Of a DNA stretch of 32,000 nucleotides, positions 1 to 9,881 are shown in pieces (the stretch's first letter is position 1; each line of letters starts with the position of its first letter). Source of the stretch: Halomicronema hongdechloris C2206 (GTDB taxonomy: Bacteria; Cyanobacteriota; Cyanobacteriia; Phormidesmidales; Phormidesmidaceae); NCBI RefSeq assembly GCF_002075285.3, contig NZ_CP021983.2:1530001-1562000 (forward strand), given 5' to 3'. The position numbers were made by a program, and so were the translations under genes. The notes beneath the pieces are model-generated. The model had not been told where the DNA came from. It saw nothing but the letters and a program-made list of their open reading frames with translations, and made no database searches.

Positions 1-367
1 CAAACAGACCTACCTTATACTCAGCTCCGAGATCATAAAATGCCTGAAACTCCTGATAATCGTATCCTAGAGATTCGCCTTTATGGTTTCTATCTTGAGT
101 AATTTGGTAATTCTCTGGATGGTACTTTGCGGTATCCCAATAGCCTGTTTTGCTGGGATAGCAACCTGTTGAGAAGATCACCCAGTTTCGCTCAGAGCAA
201 ATTGTATCCGTTGCAGTCCCACATAAATCTACTTGAGTTTTGAGGCGTCCATAAGCGCCGCGATTACGTAACCCGCTCAAATTTGGTAGATGTCCTTGGG
301 ATATTAAACGCTCAAGCAACACTGGGTCTGCTGCATCTAAACCAATAGCAATTACTTTTTTCTTCAT
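1..367 (-). CDS. Alkaline-phosphatase superfamily protein (type I phosphodiesterase / nucleotide pyrophosphatase-like), N-terminal part; the 3' end runs off the window
   Basis: Hand translation of the minus strand from the ATG at 367-365 gives MKKKVIAIGLDAADPVLLERLISQGHLPNLSGLRNRGAYGRLKTQVDL... and stays open to position 1. The IGLDAADP...LPNL opening is typical of this family. It is missing from the ORF track because there is no stop in the window. The DNA is low G+C. Confidence 0.55.
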   Translation of the reverse strand, partial: MKKKVIAIGLDAADPVLLERLISQGHLPNLSGLRNRGAYGRLKTQVDLCGTATDTICSERNWVIFSTGCYPSKTGYWDTAKYHPENYQITQDRNHKGESLGYDYQEFQAFYDLGAEYKVGLF

Positions 368-616
368 AATATTCTCCTTATCAATTTCATTAACTCAAGA
401 AGCATTAAGCTGCCATTGGGAGTTTATGCCTATAAACATAAATAGTTGAAGTTCTTGGCAACCAAAACGCTCTGTAGAAGTCTGGCAAATAAGTTGATAG
501 ATAATCGCACTGTATTTATTCATCCTGGAGTTATCGCTTACTTACGAATTTAAATCACTTTCAAATCACTGCTCTCAATTAAAGTCTAATAATTCCGCAG
601 TCTTCATGATCTACCT

Positions 617-2425
617 TCAGCTTACATCTCTAAAGCAATTAGCCCAAAATAAATTCTCTAATGGCAGGGGCTTCTTAAGTTGATATCCCTGAACATAAGG
701 TATACCTAGTCTTTTGGCAACATCTAACATCAATTTCTTCTCAATTCCTTTGGCAATTATGGTGATTTTGGATGAATTGGCATGCTCAATAATATTCCTA
801 AATTCTTGCAATCTAACTAGGCTTTTCATATGCAATTCCAATGACAAAAAACTGAGTTTAAAGTGGTAAATGCTAGTTTCTGGTAGCTGTCGGAGAAGCC
901 CAGGATCACGAAAATCATCTAGAATAATGTTACAACCTATCTCTTCGATTTCGTGGGTCAAGCGAGCGACCGCATCTGGATAAGTTTTCGCCGCATGTTC
1001 AGGGATCTCAATCCAAAAATTCTCTGCAGGAAATTGATGTCGATTCAATAAATCAGAAAGAAAGACAGAGAAATACTGATCGCGTATGCTGGCCTGTGAC
1101 AGATTGATAGAGTAGTTTGCCTGACAGTTTTTTTGAGGTGATGATCTTTTGATTGAGTTGAATAGCGTTCGGATTACCCAGCGGTCAATTGTTTTGGTTA
1201 GTTCATAGTACTCAGCAATTGGCATGAAATCTTTTGGTAACAGAAGTCTCGTTGTAGGGGAATCGGAATTAAGTGTACAGGATAAGAGCCTGACTAATAC
1301 TTCATAGTTGAGTGGATCGTTTAGGCAATTATCAGTCGAGAAAATCGGTTGCTGGTATAAGCAGAAAAGATTATTCTCAAATCCCGACTCAATCTGATCA
1401 ATGACTGTCTTGCATTTATCCTTGCTAAGGCCACTCAAGGTAGTCTTACCGTAGTCTTTCAATCCCTTCCGAGCAATGAAAATTGGGCTAGATAATGTGC
1501 TAAAAAGGTATTCTCTTTCGCAGGCAAACAACAAATTTTTGTAAGGCTCTCGTTTTTCTCTAATTATATGCAACAATAACTTGCGTAAGTCATTAACTAT
1601 ATATAAAGGTAGCAATAAAGGTCGCTTCCAAGCGCTTGTACTTAATATGCGAATATAAAAGCGGCTTAGCCCAACACAACGTATTAAGGTAACTAAATAC
1701 TCTTTCTGAAGCCGTCCTTTAGGAATTTGATGGTAAACGACCATGGCTGGGTTATACCAAACTTCCCAGCCCGCTTTTCGGATATATAAGATGGCTTCTA
1801 AGTCTTCGCTGGCAAGGCCAGCAGCCTTACCTTTATTATTCAAGAATAATCGCCTAGGAACGCTTTGGAGCCACGCGTCTCGACGAACAACGAGTCCTGC
1901 TCCTGGTGGCAGAACCTTCGTATGTTGGTCGTAACGATGAGGATTTGGTCCTCGTTCGACAATGGCTAAGAAACAGGCAATATGTTTAAATTCCTCGGGT
2001 GGTGCTTGTTCAAAATCCCCGTGAATTTGACTGCCAAATGCGCCTGCTTCTGGATGTTGCTGGGCGAAGTTCCAAGCCTTAGCTACCCAATCGTCTTCTG
2101 GAAGGTTGTCATCATCTAGAAAGGCGATTAGCTTACCCCGAGCACTTTCTACCGCTCGCTGACGGGCAAAGGCGGCTCCTTGTTCCGCAACAAAGCAGTA
2201 CTGCAATTCAGCAGCCCCGGTCCAGGTGCGTTGATATTGCTGAGTTACTTGAGCTGTCTCATCCAGGCTATTGTTGTCACAGACAATAATTTCCCAAGTA
2301 ATGTGATCAACATGTTGCTGCGATCGCAACCGGTCCAACAGGCAAGGCAATCGCTGAGCACCATTATAGGTAGGGATGGCGACCGAGATATCTAACTGCT
2401 GTGTTGGTATACCAGAAATCACCAA
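617..2425 (-). CDS. Family-2 glycosyltransferase (HpsE-like, hormogonium-polysaccharide type) fused to a C-terminal EAL (c-di-GMP phosphodiesterase-fold) domain
   Basis: 602-aa ORF. N-terminal GT2 motifs are present: VAIPTYNGAQRLP, VCDNNSLDET, FLDDDN (DxD) and GAFGSQIHGDFE. The C-terminal ~260 aa carry the EAL-fold motifs in order: YEVLVRLL, SINLS, EIPE, ILDDF, FKLS, AKGIE, VQGYQLKKP. Confidence 0.8.
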   Translation of the reverse strand: MVISGIPTQQLDISVAIPTYNGAQRLPCLLDRLRSQQHVDHITWEIIVCDNNSLDETAQVTQQYQRTWTGAAELQYCFVAEQGAAFARQRAVESARGKLIAFLDDDNLPEDDWVAKAWNFAQQHPEAGAFGSQIHGDFEQAPPEEFKHIACFLAIVERGPNPHRYDQHTKVLPPGAGLVVRRDAWLQSVPRRLFLNNKGKAAGLASEDLEAILYIRKAGWEVWYNPAMVVYHQIPKGRLQKEYLVTLIRCVGLSRFYIRILSTSAWKRPLLLPLYIVNDLRKLLLHIIREKREPYKNLLFACEREYLFSTLSSPIFIARKGLKDYGKTTLSGLSKDKCKTVIDQIESGFENNLFCLYQQPIFSTDNCLNDPLNYEVLVRLLSCTLNSDSPTTRLLLPKDFMPIAEYYELTKTIDRWVIRTLFNSIKRSSPQKNCQANYSINLSQASIRDQYFSVFLSDLLNRHQFPAENFWIEIPEHAAKTYPDAVARLTHEIEEIGCNIILDDFRDPGLLRQLPETSIYHFKLSFLSLELHMKSLVRLQEFRNIIEHANSSKITIIAKGIEKKLMLDVAKRLGIPYVQGYQLKKPLPLENLFWANCFRDVS

Positions 2426-3303
2426 TGTCTTAAACTCCTTGAGCTTGGTAGAGACCCCTTGAGGTGATCACCAGTTCACCGGGGAGCTATGATATGGTGG
2501 CCACTCAGTCTTAGTTTAGCTCTCCCTGAGGCTGCATAATTTCATTGATCCATTCCCAGTGGCTCAACTCGGCATTTTAGCTTTGGATGCTGTCCATCTT
2601 TAAGGAAAAGGTAAATGTCTGTGGAGGCTATCCAATCTAGGAACATTTTAACTAGCCTTCCTCCTGGCGTCCTACTAATAAAGATGCGGGAATTATGACA
2701 GATCGATCGTATAAGCTAAGTCAGTTTAACCAGCACAGCCCTCACCTTACGGAAATACCTGTTTGCCGATTCAGTGAGTAATCTAGTCTAATTTGTTACA
2801 GGGCAAGTAGCGTGGTAACGGTGCGTTGACTTTACTATAGCTTTTTCGTATTTTCGGGTAAGTCGCATAAGCTTTATAAAAGCTTCAAACAAAGTTATCC
2901 TCTTCTCCACAAGCCCTATGGCCATCTACCAACTTTGGTAACTTCGCCAGTGCTGCATTATGGTAATGACGGCCGATAACTAAGAGCAGTATGAGCAAGT
3001 CAAGGGGCTGACTCTAGACTCAATCCAGCATGTGACTATTTGGCCCATCCTAACTTTATCCTCCCTGGCCAGCATGATCAGCACCACCTAAGATCTCTAC
3101 TTGGAATATTCTTGCTCTGGTATGATAATAGGTTTGAGGCAGTCCAAGGGAGTACAGCCGACTGGTGTTTGGCTGGCACGTAGATGTGCCTGTAAGCATC
3201 TCTAGATTTCAAGTTCGCTGAATTTTGGCTATAGGAGACCACCACTGACTAGAGTGTATCTTCTAGGCTATAGAGGTGAGATACGGGAGTGAGACAGTAG
3301 CCC

Positions 3304-3975
3304 ATGCCGCTGATGATTCTGGTGGCTGAAGATGATGAAGGCACTCGGCTGTCTATCAATGATTACCTTGAAATGCAAGGGTATTCAGTCGTTACGGCCA
3401 GCCACGGAGCCGAAGCCCTAGAGTGCATTCAAACCTATCAGCCCCATTTGTTGATTACCGATATTGCCATGCCCTACATGGATGGGTATGAGTTGGTACG
3501 CCAGGTGCGTCAGCAACCGATGCTGCGGCTCTTGCCAGTGGTTTTCTTGACGGCTCACAACGATACCGGGGATCGGATCCGAGGCTATCAGATGGGATGT
3601 GATCTCTATTTACCTAAGCCTTTTGAGTTGGAAGAGTTGGCCGCCATCGTCCGCAATCTGCTGGAACGGACGCAGATGATTCAGGCGGCTTGGCTGCAGC
3701 AATCTTCTCTAGAGATGCGGTCTGACGATGCCTCATTAACCCCCAATCAACGTCCTAAAGCCATGCCCGATACTATACAGCTGGATCTAACGGCTCGAGA
3801 ACGGGAGGTGCTGTCATTGCTATCCGACGGATTATCCAATGCCCAAATTGGGGACCAGCTTTACCTGAGTTCTCGCACCATAGAAAAATACGTCAGCAAC
3901 CTACTGCGCAAAACAGAGACAAATAATCGGGCAGAATTGGTACGGTTCGCCATCGATCATCACTTGGTGTCTTAG
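3304..3975 (+). CDS. Two-component response regulator, REC + LuxR/NarL-type HTH (Rre1/Ycf29-like)
   Basis: 223 aa. The receiver has ILVAEDDE, the phospho-acceptor context LLITDIAMPYMDG, and KPF. The C-terminus has the LuxR HTH (LTAREREVLSLLSDGLSNAQIGDQLYLSSRTIEKYVSNLLRK). Confidence 0.9.
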   Translation: MPLMILVAEDDEGTRLSINDYLEMQGYSVVTASHGAEALECIQTYQPHLLITDIAMPYMDGYELVRQVRQQPMLRLLPVVFLTAHNDTGDRIRGYQMGCDLYLPKPFELEELAAIVRNLLERTQMIQAAWLQQSSLEMRSDDASLTPNQRPKAMPDTIQLDLTAREREVLSLLSDGLSNAQIGDQLYLSSRTIEKYVSNLLRKTETNNRAELVRFAIDHHLVS

Positions 3976-3989
3976 TCTTAGGGTCGGGG

Positions 3990-5054
3990 CTAGGGTACGG
4001 GAACAGCCATCGGCGACACGGCTTGGGCTAAGGTGCGTAGCATGGTAGCCGTGGTATTGAAGTCAACACAGGCATCGGTGATGCTCTGGCCGTAGACCAG
4101 ATGGTTTAAATCGGTAGGAATAGGCTGCTTACCAGCAACCAGATGACTTTCGATCATGACTCCTAGAATATGCCTAGAGTCGTCTTTTAGCTGCTGGGCG
4201 ATATCTCTCAGCACCGCAACTTGGCGGTTGTGGTCTTTGTTGGCATTGGCATGGCTACAATCAATCATGATTCGGGGATTGAGGCCTAAGGTTGCCAGTT
4301 CCGCACTTGCTTGGTCGACATGATGCCGGTCGTAGTTAGGCCCTTGCTTGCCCCCTCGCAACACTAAGTGACCATCGGGATTGCCGGTGGTGGCGACGAT
4401 GCTGGCGAGACCGTGGTGATTGATCCCCAGGAAGTGATGGGGCTGACTAGCGGCTAGCATGGCGTTTGTAGCGGCCTGCAAGCTGCCATCGGTATTGTTC
4501 TTGAAGCCGATGGGCATAGAGAGGCCTGAGGCCATCTCGCGGTGAGTTTGGCTCTCAGTAGTGCGAGCGCCAATTGCTGTCCAGGCGATGACATCGGCAA
4601 TGTACTGGGGGGTAATGGGATCCAGCAGTTCGGTGGCTGCAGGCAGTCCGAGATGAGCCAAGTCGAGCAGTAGCTTACGGGCTAAGCGTAAGCCCGTGTT
4701 GATGTCGTAGCTATTATCTAGGTGGGGATCATTAATCAGACCTTTCCAACCAATGCTGGTGCGGGGTTTTTCGAAATATACCCGCATGACAATTTCTAAC
4801 CGGTCAGCCAGCTCTTGGCGAAGCTCTGCCAGCTTTTGGCCGTACTCATAAGCCGCCTTGACGTCATGGACCGAACAGGGGCCAACGATTACCAATAGAC
4901 GGTGGTCTTCGTTGTACAAAATGGTGCGGATGCGATCGCGAGTGTCAGCAACCAAGGCAGCCGCTTTCTCACTCATAGGTAACTCGTGATGCAGTAGTGC
5001 CGGGCTAACTAGCGGACGAGTTTCAACGACGTGGAGATCTTGAGTCTTATGCAT
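3990..5054 (-). CDS. aroG: 3-deoxy-7-phosphoheptulonate (DAHP) synthase, class I (AroG/F/H type)
   Basis: 354 aa, with LLVIVGPCSVHD, EKPRTSIGWKGLINDP and IMIDCSHANA. It is collinear with E. coli AroG over the full length. Confidence 0.92.
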   Translation of the reverse strand: MHKTQDLHVVETRPLVSPALLHHELPMSEKAAALVADTRDRIRTILYNEDHRLLVIVGPCSVHDVKAAYEYGQKLAELRQELADRLEIVMRVYFEKPRTSIGWKGLINDPHLDNSYDINTGLRLARKLLLDLAHLGLPAATELLDPITPQYIADVIAWTAIGARTTESQTHREMASGLSMPIGFKNNTDGSLQAATNAMLAASQPHHFLGINHHGLASIVATTGNPDGHLVLRGGKQGPNYDRHHVDQASAELATLGLNPRIMIDCSHANANKDHNRQVAVLRDIAQQLKDDSRHILGVMIESHLVAGKQPIPTDLNHLVYGQSITDACVDFNTTATMLRTLAQAVSPMAVPVP

Positions 5055-5260
5055 AGGGTCGGCAGAGTGAAGTCAATGGCAGATCAGCGCTGACTCTAAG
5101 GCAACGCATCATTTCTATTGTGCAAGGTCCATGACTTATTTTGAGGGGTGCCCTCACGAAAGCCAACCCAGTGTTTGCATCTCTTCAGCTAGCCAGGCGC
5201 TGGAGCACAGTTCAGAAGCGGATTGGTCCAAGGGACTATGGGATAGGAGGCCATGCTGAG

Positions 5261-5731
5261 CTATCCCATGGTTACCTCTAGACTGACATTCAAGCGACCG
5301 CCGCCACTGAGTTCAATCACGTCATGGTCGAGACCGGACAGCGCAATGTGGACTGTGGCGGCGGCAGGCTGATACTGGCCTGTTAGCTCGATGCGGGTAG
5401 TCTGACCGGCGGTGAGATAGGGCGTTAACTCCAGGCGGGTGGCAGCATTAAAGGATTGAACCACGTTGCCGTCGATGCGAATTTGGCCCTTGAGCTCTGC
5501 CCCACTACTGCGAATATGGAGATGGTGAGTTTGAGGATTGGCATCGCTGGCCTCTAGATGAATCACTGTAGGGGTGGACGATAGCATCACCTTCAAGCTG
5601 GTGAGGGCACTGGCTTTGACCTGGTGATAGAGGGGATCTAGGGAAGATTCGAGGGGCTGACTAGGAGAGGCCATAGCAGCTCCCATTAGGGCCAGCGTAG
5701 ACAAAAGAGCCAGAGAGAATGGACGAGTCAT
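5261..5731 (-). CDS. Hypothetical secreted protein
   Basis: The track ORF is 5261-5860. The internal ATG at 5731 begins MTRPFSLALLSTLALMGAAMASP, a signal-peptide-like sequence. I recognise no family for the remainder. It lies on the same strand downstream of the cyclase and DUF2358 genes. Confidence 0.5.
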   Translation of the reverse strand: MTRPFSLALLSTLALMGAAMASPSQPLESSLDPLYHQVKASALTSLKVMLSSTPTVIHLEASDANPQTHHLHIRSSGAELKGQIRIDGNVVQSFNAATRLELTPYLTAGQTTRIELTGQYQPAAATVHIALSGLDHDVIELSGGGRLNVSLEVTMG

Positions 5732-6021
5732 AGTGATGATGACCTCTGACGAGTCAACAACCGTGCGTGGTAACTTAGCTTTCAAGGGGGCAGAAGCTGG
5801 ATCGATTGGGACATTTCCACCGATGGTTGTGACGCTCACCAGCCCTGATGAAGTTCCCAATCAAGATGATATTTAATTCAGGTTTGGTAACTTCTCCAGA
5901 GCACTAGGGCATATTTGAAGGCGAATGTACCGGTCACAGTGTCAATCCTGCTGTGTAATTTTTTCCGATGTCTGAGGATAGTATTGTTGCGCCTGAACGG
6001 TTTGAGCCCATAACCCGCTAT

Positions 6022-6405
6022 TTAGTCTGTGCTCATCATCACTTGCCTGAGCACTGCCCAGCGAGAGCAGTCCCAGTAGTCGATGTGGGAAATGATCTGG
6101 CCAGCCGGATTGAGCTGCAGTTCACTGTGGCCGGGAATGGCAATACGGGGACGCCAGGGTAAGGGAGCCGTGAAGGCCAAGGTCCAGCGCGTTACAATTT
6201 GGTCGGCATGACGATCGATAGCGTGGAGTTGGAGATCGATGTCGATGAACCAACGGCGGATAAACTGGATCATCTGGCGGTATCGAGCTAACCCACGAAA
6301 GCGATTCAGAGGATCTTGGAAGTAGACCTGGTCGGCGTAGAGATCATAACTTTGATCCTCAGGGAAGCGCTGATAATCCTGCTTTAATCGCTCCAGAATA
6401 TCCAT
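6022..6405 (-). CDS. DUF2358-family (NTF2/SnoaL-like fold) protein
   Basis: 127 aa. MDILERLKQDYQRFPEDQSYDLYADQVYFQDPLNRFRGLARYRQMI matches the cyanobacterial/plastid DUF2358 pattern as I recall it. It starts 17 bp after the cyclase stop. Confidence 0.6.
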   Translation of the reverse strand: MDILERLKQDYQRFPEDQSYDLYADQVYFQDPLNRFRGLARYRQMIQFIRRWFIDIDLQLHAIDRHADQIVTRWTLAFTAPLPWRPRIAIPGHSELQLNPAGQIISHIDYWDCSRWAVLRQVMMSTD

Positions 6406-6421
6406 ACTGGTCGATGGTCTC

Positions 6422-9400
6422 TCATCGGTGGCGGCGATGGAGCAACCAGTAGGTGGTCATTTCACCGCGCCCTTTAATCGTAACGGTTCCCCGTTTCTGG
6501 AAGTGATACTGATCGTTAAGTCGTCGGTAGACCTGTTTGGTCACTTGAATGTGGTTAGCTTGCCCTTGGGATTCCATGCGACTGGCGACATTGACGGCAT
6601 CACCCCAGAGGTCGTAGGAGAACTTACGTTTGCCAATGACCCCAGCCACGACTGGCCCAGTAGCGATGCCAATGCGTAGCCCGAAGGAAGCCCCATCCTG
6701 ACGTTTGAACTGGGTAATAGCTTGCTGCATATCCAGGGCCATATCGGCGATGGCTTCGGTGTGGTTGGCCATCGGGTTGGGGACGCCTCCCACTACCATG
6801 TAGGCATCGCCGATGGTCTTGATTTTCTCTAGGCCGTGGGTTTCGGCGAGTTGATCGAAGATGGAAAAGATTTGGTTGAGGAGGTTGACGAGGTCGGTCG
6901 GTGCGATCGCAACAGACAGCCCCGTAAAGTCGACGATGTCGGCAAATAGGATGGTAGCTTCGTCAAAGCGATAGGCCACTGACTGGTGCTGCTGCTTCAG
7001 TTCTTCAGCAATGGATTCTGGCAAAATATTCAGCAACAGTCGTTCCGACTTCTCTCGCTCGATCTGCAGGGCCTCTTCTATTTGCTTACGCTCGGTGATA
7101 TCAGTGACAAACCCCTCAATAAACTCGGGAGTGCCATCAGCTGCATAGGTGCAGACGCCCTTTTCCAGTACCCATTTTTGCTCTCCTGCGGCCGTGATCA
7201 TGCGATAGATCGTCTCGAAAGGCTGGCGTTCCTGGATCGCCCGTTGTAGTTTTTCGCCCACGTAGGCATGATCCTCAGGATGGACTAGCCGACCAAAGGC
7301 TCCATTCACCTGCATCAATTCATCCGGTTGATATCCAGTTAGCTCGTAACACCCTTCACTGACAAAGGCCACCTGCCGCTCGTGATCGCACATGCGGCGA
7401 TAGGCCATGCCCGCTAAATTGCCCATCAGGGTAGCAAGATCCCGTTGGCTAGCTCGCAGGGCCTCTTCTGCCTGCTTGCGCTGGGTGATATCGGCCACAG
7501 TGCCCTCGTAGTAGAGGATCTGACCACTGCTGTTCTTGACTGTGCGGACATTCTCAGAGACCCAGATGATGGTGCCATCGGCCCGGTAGATCTGCGATTC
7601 AAACTTGGCCACAGAGCCTCGAGCATGTAACTGGTGTTCTAGGGCATGCCGATGCTCTGCATCGACATAGAGCCGCCGAATATCGCTTACCTGGCCAATC
7701 AATTCAGCCGGAGAGAGATACCCCAACATGCGAGCCAGGGCAGGGTTAGCACTGAGGCAACGACCTTGGTCATCCACCTGGAAAATTCCCTCGGCCACAT
7801 TCTCGAAAATGCTGCGATATTTCTCTTCCGCTCGCTGCAGGGCTAAGTCGGCTCGACGCCGTTCGGTGATATCGCGAGCCACCCAAATGACCCGATTGTT
7901 GGGCATGGGGGAGACAATGGCGGTGTACCAAGCAGTGGTCTCAAAATCTTCTGGAGCGGCGATGCCATCGGGATGGGTATCGTCTCGCCATTCCCCAATG
8001 GGTAAGCTGTAATCGAGGCGCACGGGTTGGCGAGTATTGAGGGCCTGCTGGATGTGGCGCATGAACAGCTGCGCTTGATAGGGCGGCAGGACATCGTAGA
8101 TGTTTTTGCCTTCCCGCTCGGTCTCGGGGTTATAGACCAAAGCCGAATTAGTGGCCACGATATTGAGGTACTGCCCCTCGGCATCGAACACCGTGATCAC
8201 ATCGGTCATAGCCGCAAACAGGGCCTTCAATTCCGCGGTAGAGGCCTGCAGCTCTTCTTCGGCCCGCTGGCGTTCACGAATCTCGGTCATCAGGCGCTCG
8301 TTGGCGGCACTCAGGGCTTCTGTGCGGGCTGTGACCCGTTGTTCCAGCTCTTCGTTGGCACGCTGGAGGGCGGCTTCCACCTCTTTGCGGTCGCTAATGT
8401 CTTCGACCGTGCCCTCGTAGTACAGCAGGGTGCCATCGTCAGTATGAACAGAGCGGGCATTTTCAGAAATCCAGATGATATTGCCATCCCGCTGGTAGAC
8501 CTGAGACTCAAAATTCTTGACCGAACCATGCTGCTGCAGAGTCCGGGTGAACTCTTCCCGGCGTTTCGGGTTGACATAGAGTTGCTGTTGGATGCTGGTG
8601 ATATTCGCCATCATGTCCGCTGGCGAATCATAGCCGTAGATTCTAGCCAGGGCAGGATTGGCACTGACATAGTGCCCATCTGAGGTGGTTTGAAAGATGC
8701 CCTCGACGGTATTTTCGAAGATGTTGCGGTACTTGGCTTCGGCTTCCCGTAGGGCCTCCTCCGCTTGTTTGCGCTCACTGATGTCAATGCCCACGGTAAA
8801 GGCCGCCTTGCCTTCGTTATATTTCTGGGCCACGATCAGGAACTGGCGGCGATTACCGCCCACGTAGGCAGAGACTTCTTTGAAGGCATCCTGCTGATCA
8901 CTCTGGAAGAAATCCGCTACAAATTGGTTAAACTCGGTGCTGGTATGGAGGAACCCAATGTCTTGATTGGTAAAGGCCTCAGCTGGCATCTTGAAGGTCT
9001 GGGCCAGATGCCGATTGACTCCCAGATACCGTAGGTCAGAACTAATCCACGACACGATGCCAGGCACGGCATCTAGGATGGCCTGCAGTTGATCCTTGGC
9101 ATCCCTGAGGGCATTTTCTGCTTGGGTTTGTTTGACCACCTCAGCCACGAGAGTGTCGTTGGAGACTTTGAGATGGGCGGTCTGCTCTTGGTATTTCTTC
9201 TCTAGGGCGGCTTTATCTCGGGTGAGTTGCTCCAGGGTCTGGGTGCGATCGCACAATGTCTGGCGCAACTCTGCCACTTCAGCTTGCAGGGCCTCCACTT
9301 GAGCTTGCAGGGCTACCCTCTGCGACGACTCGTCTGGGGGTGGCTCCAACGGCGATGCTGCTGGGGCAGCAGGATCTGGCGATGGGGACGGTTGCTGGGC

Positions 9401-9511
9401 GTTCGAGGCAGCTGACGGCGGAGAAAAGCGCTGGGTCATAGCTGATATCACAGGATCCGACAGAGTATCTATGGCATTGGCTAGATGCTTCAGGGGCAAT
9501 GAACTTGTCAA
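6422..9511 (-). CDS. Multi-PAS sensor adenylate cyclase (class III cyclase homology domain)
   Basis: 1029-aa ORF. The N-terminus is P/A/S-rich low complexity followed by a coiled coil. Repeated PAS/PAC modules follow (YRNIFENTVEGIFQ..., YRSIFENVAEGIFQ...). The C-terminal cyclase has ILFADIVDFTG, KIKTIGDAYMVVGG and FSYDLWGDAVNVASRMES, and the Lys/Asp specificity pair indicates ATP. The track start is a TTG at 9511; the first ATG is at 9439. Confidence 0.9.
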   Translation of the reverse strand: MTSSLPLKHLANAIDTLSDPVISAMTQRFSPPSAASNAQQPSPSPDPAAPAASPLEPPPDESSQRVALQAQVEALQAEVAELRQTLCDRTQTLEQLTRDKAALEKKYQEQTAHLKVSNDTLVAEVVKQTQAENALRDAKDQLQAILDAVPGIVSWISSDLRYLGVNRHLAQTFKMPAEAFTNQDIGFLHTSTEFNQFVADFFQSDQQDAFKEVSAYVGGNRRQFLIVAQKYNEGKAAFTVGIDISERKQAEEALREAEAKYRNIFENTVEGIFQTTSDGHYVSANPALARIYGYDSPADMMANITSIQQQLYVNPKRREEFTRTLQQHGSVKNFESQVYQRDGNIIWISENARSVHTDDGTLLYYEGTVEDISDRKEVEAALQRANEELEQRVTARTEALSAANERLMTEIRERQRAEEELQASTAELKALFAAMTDVITVFDAEGQYLNIVATNSALVYNPETEREGKNIYDVLPPYQAQLFMRHIQQALNTRQPVRLDYSLPIGEWRDDTHPDGIAAPEDFETTAWYTAIVSPMPNNRVIWVARDITERRRADLALQRAEEKYRSIFENVAEGIFQVDDQGRCLSANPALARMLGYLSPAELIGQVSDIRRLYVDAEHRHALEHQLHARGSVAKFESQIYRADGTIIWVSENVRTVKNSSGQILYYEGTVADITQRKQAEEALRASQRDLATLMGNLAGMAYRRMCDHERQVAFVSEGCYELTGYQPDELMQVNGAFGRLVHPEDHAYVGEKLQRAIQERQPFETIYRMITAAGEQKWVLEKGVCTYAADGTPEFIEGFVTDITERKQIEEALQIEREKSERLLLNILPESIAEELKQQHQSVAYRFDEATILFADIVDFTGLSVAIAPTDLVNLLNQIFSIFDQLAETHGLEKIKTIGDAYMVVGGVPNPMANHTEAIADMALDMQQAITQFKRQDGASFGLRIGIATGPVVAGVIGKRKFSYDLWGDAVNVASRMESQGQANHIQVTKQVYRRLNDQYHFQKRGTVTIKGRGEMTTYWLLHRRHR

Positions 9512-9881
9512 GGCCTCACCTGGGAACTATCTAGCCCCCAACCAACCTCAAGCATGATGACGACAGTCGTCTCTTGAGTGTCCCGTAGGGTAGGCATCAG
9601 GACCTAAATGCAAGCGCCAGATAACTGGGGAGACTATACAATCAATTCAAGCAACCAGCAGACAATCCGGTTGATTTTTGCCTTAACCTTGCAACCCCAT
9701 GAAGCCTGACGGCGTCCCATTGCATTGCGGCCACTCCCCCTATTGTGAATCAGCGGTCACGAAAGTGCAGGATTATAGCCCCACTTTGCTGGGATTCGTT
9801 AAGGGCCTGATCACCGATCAGCTTCTCAGGCACCTTCCATGGCAAAATAAGGAGCGCTGCGATGAGTAGGTACAAGATCTG

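Noticed and set aside
5732-5860. N-terminal extensions proposed by the ORF track for the secreted protein (5732-5860), msrB (20540-20614) and the PspA-family gene (22221-22259)
   Set aside because: In each case the family-typical or signal-peptide N-terminus begins at an internal ATG, and the extension adds non-homologous residues. I used the shorter coordinates but cannot exclude the longer ones.
8027-8683. 218-aa plus-strand ORF, together with many 60-115-aa ORFs on both strands between 6428 and 9441
   Set aside because: All lie antisense to or out of frame within the 1029-aa PAS-cyclase gene. Their products are low-complexity with no recognisable motifs. Long shadow ORFs are expected opposite G+C-rich coding sequence.
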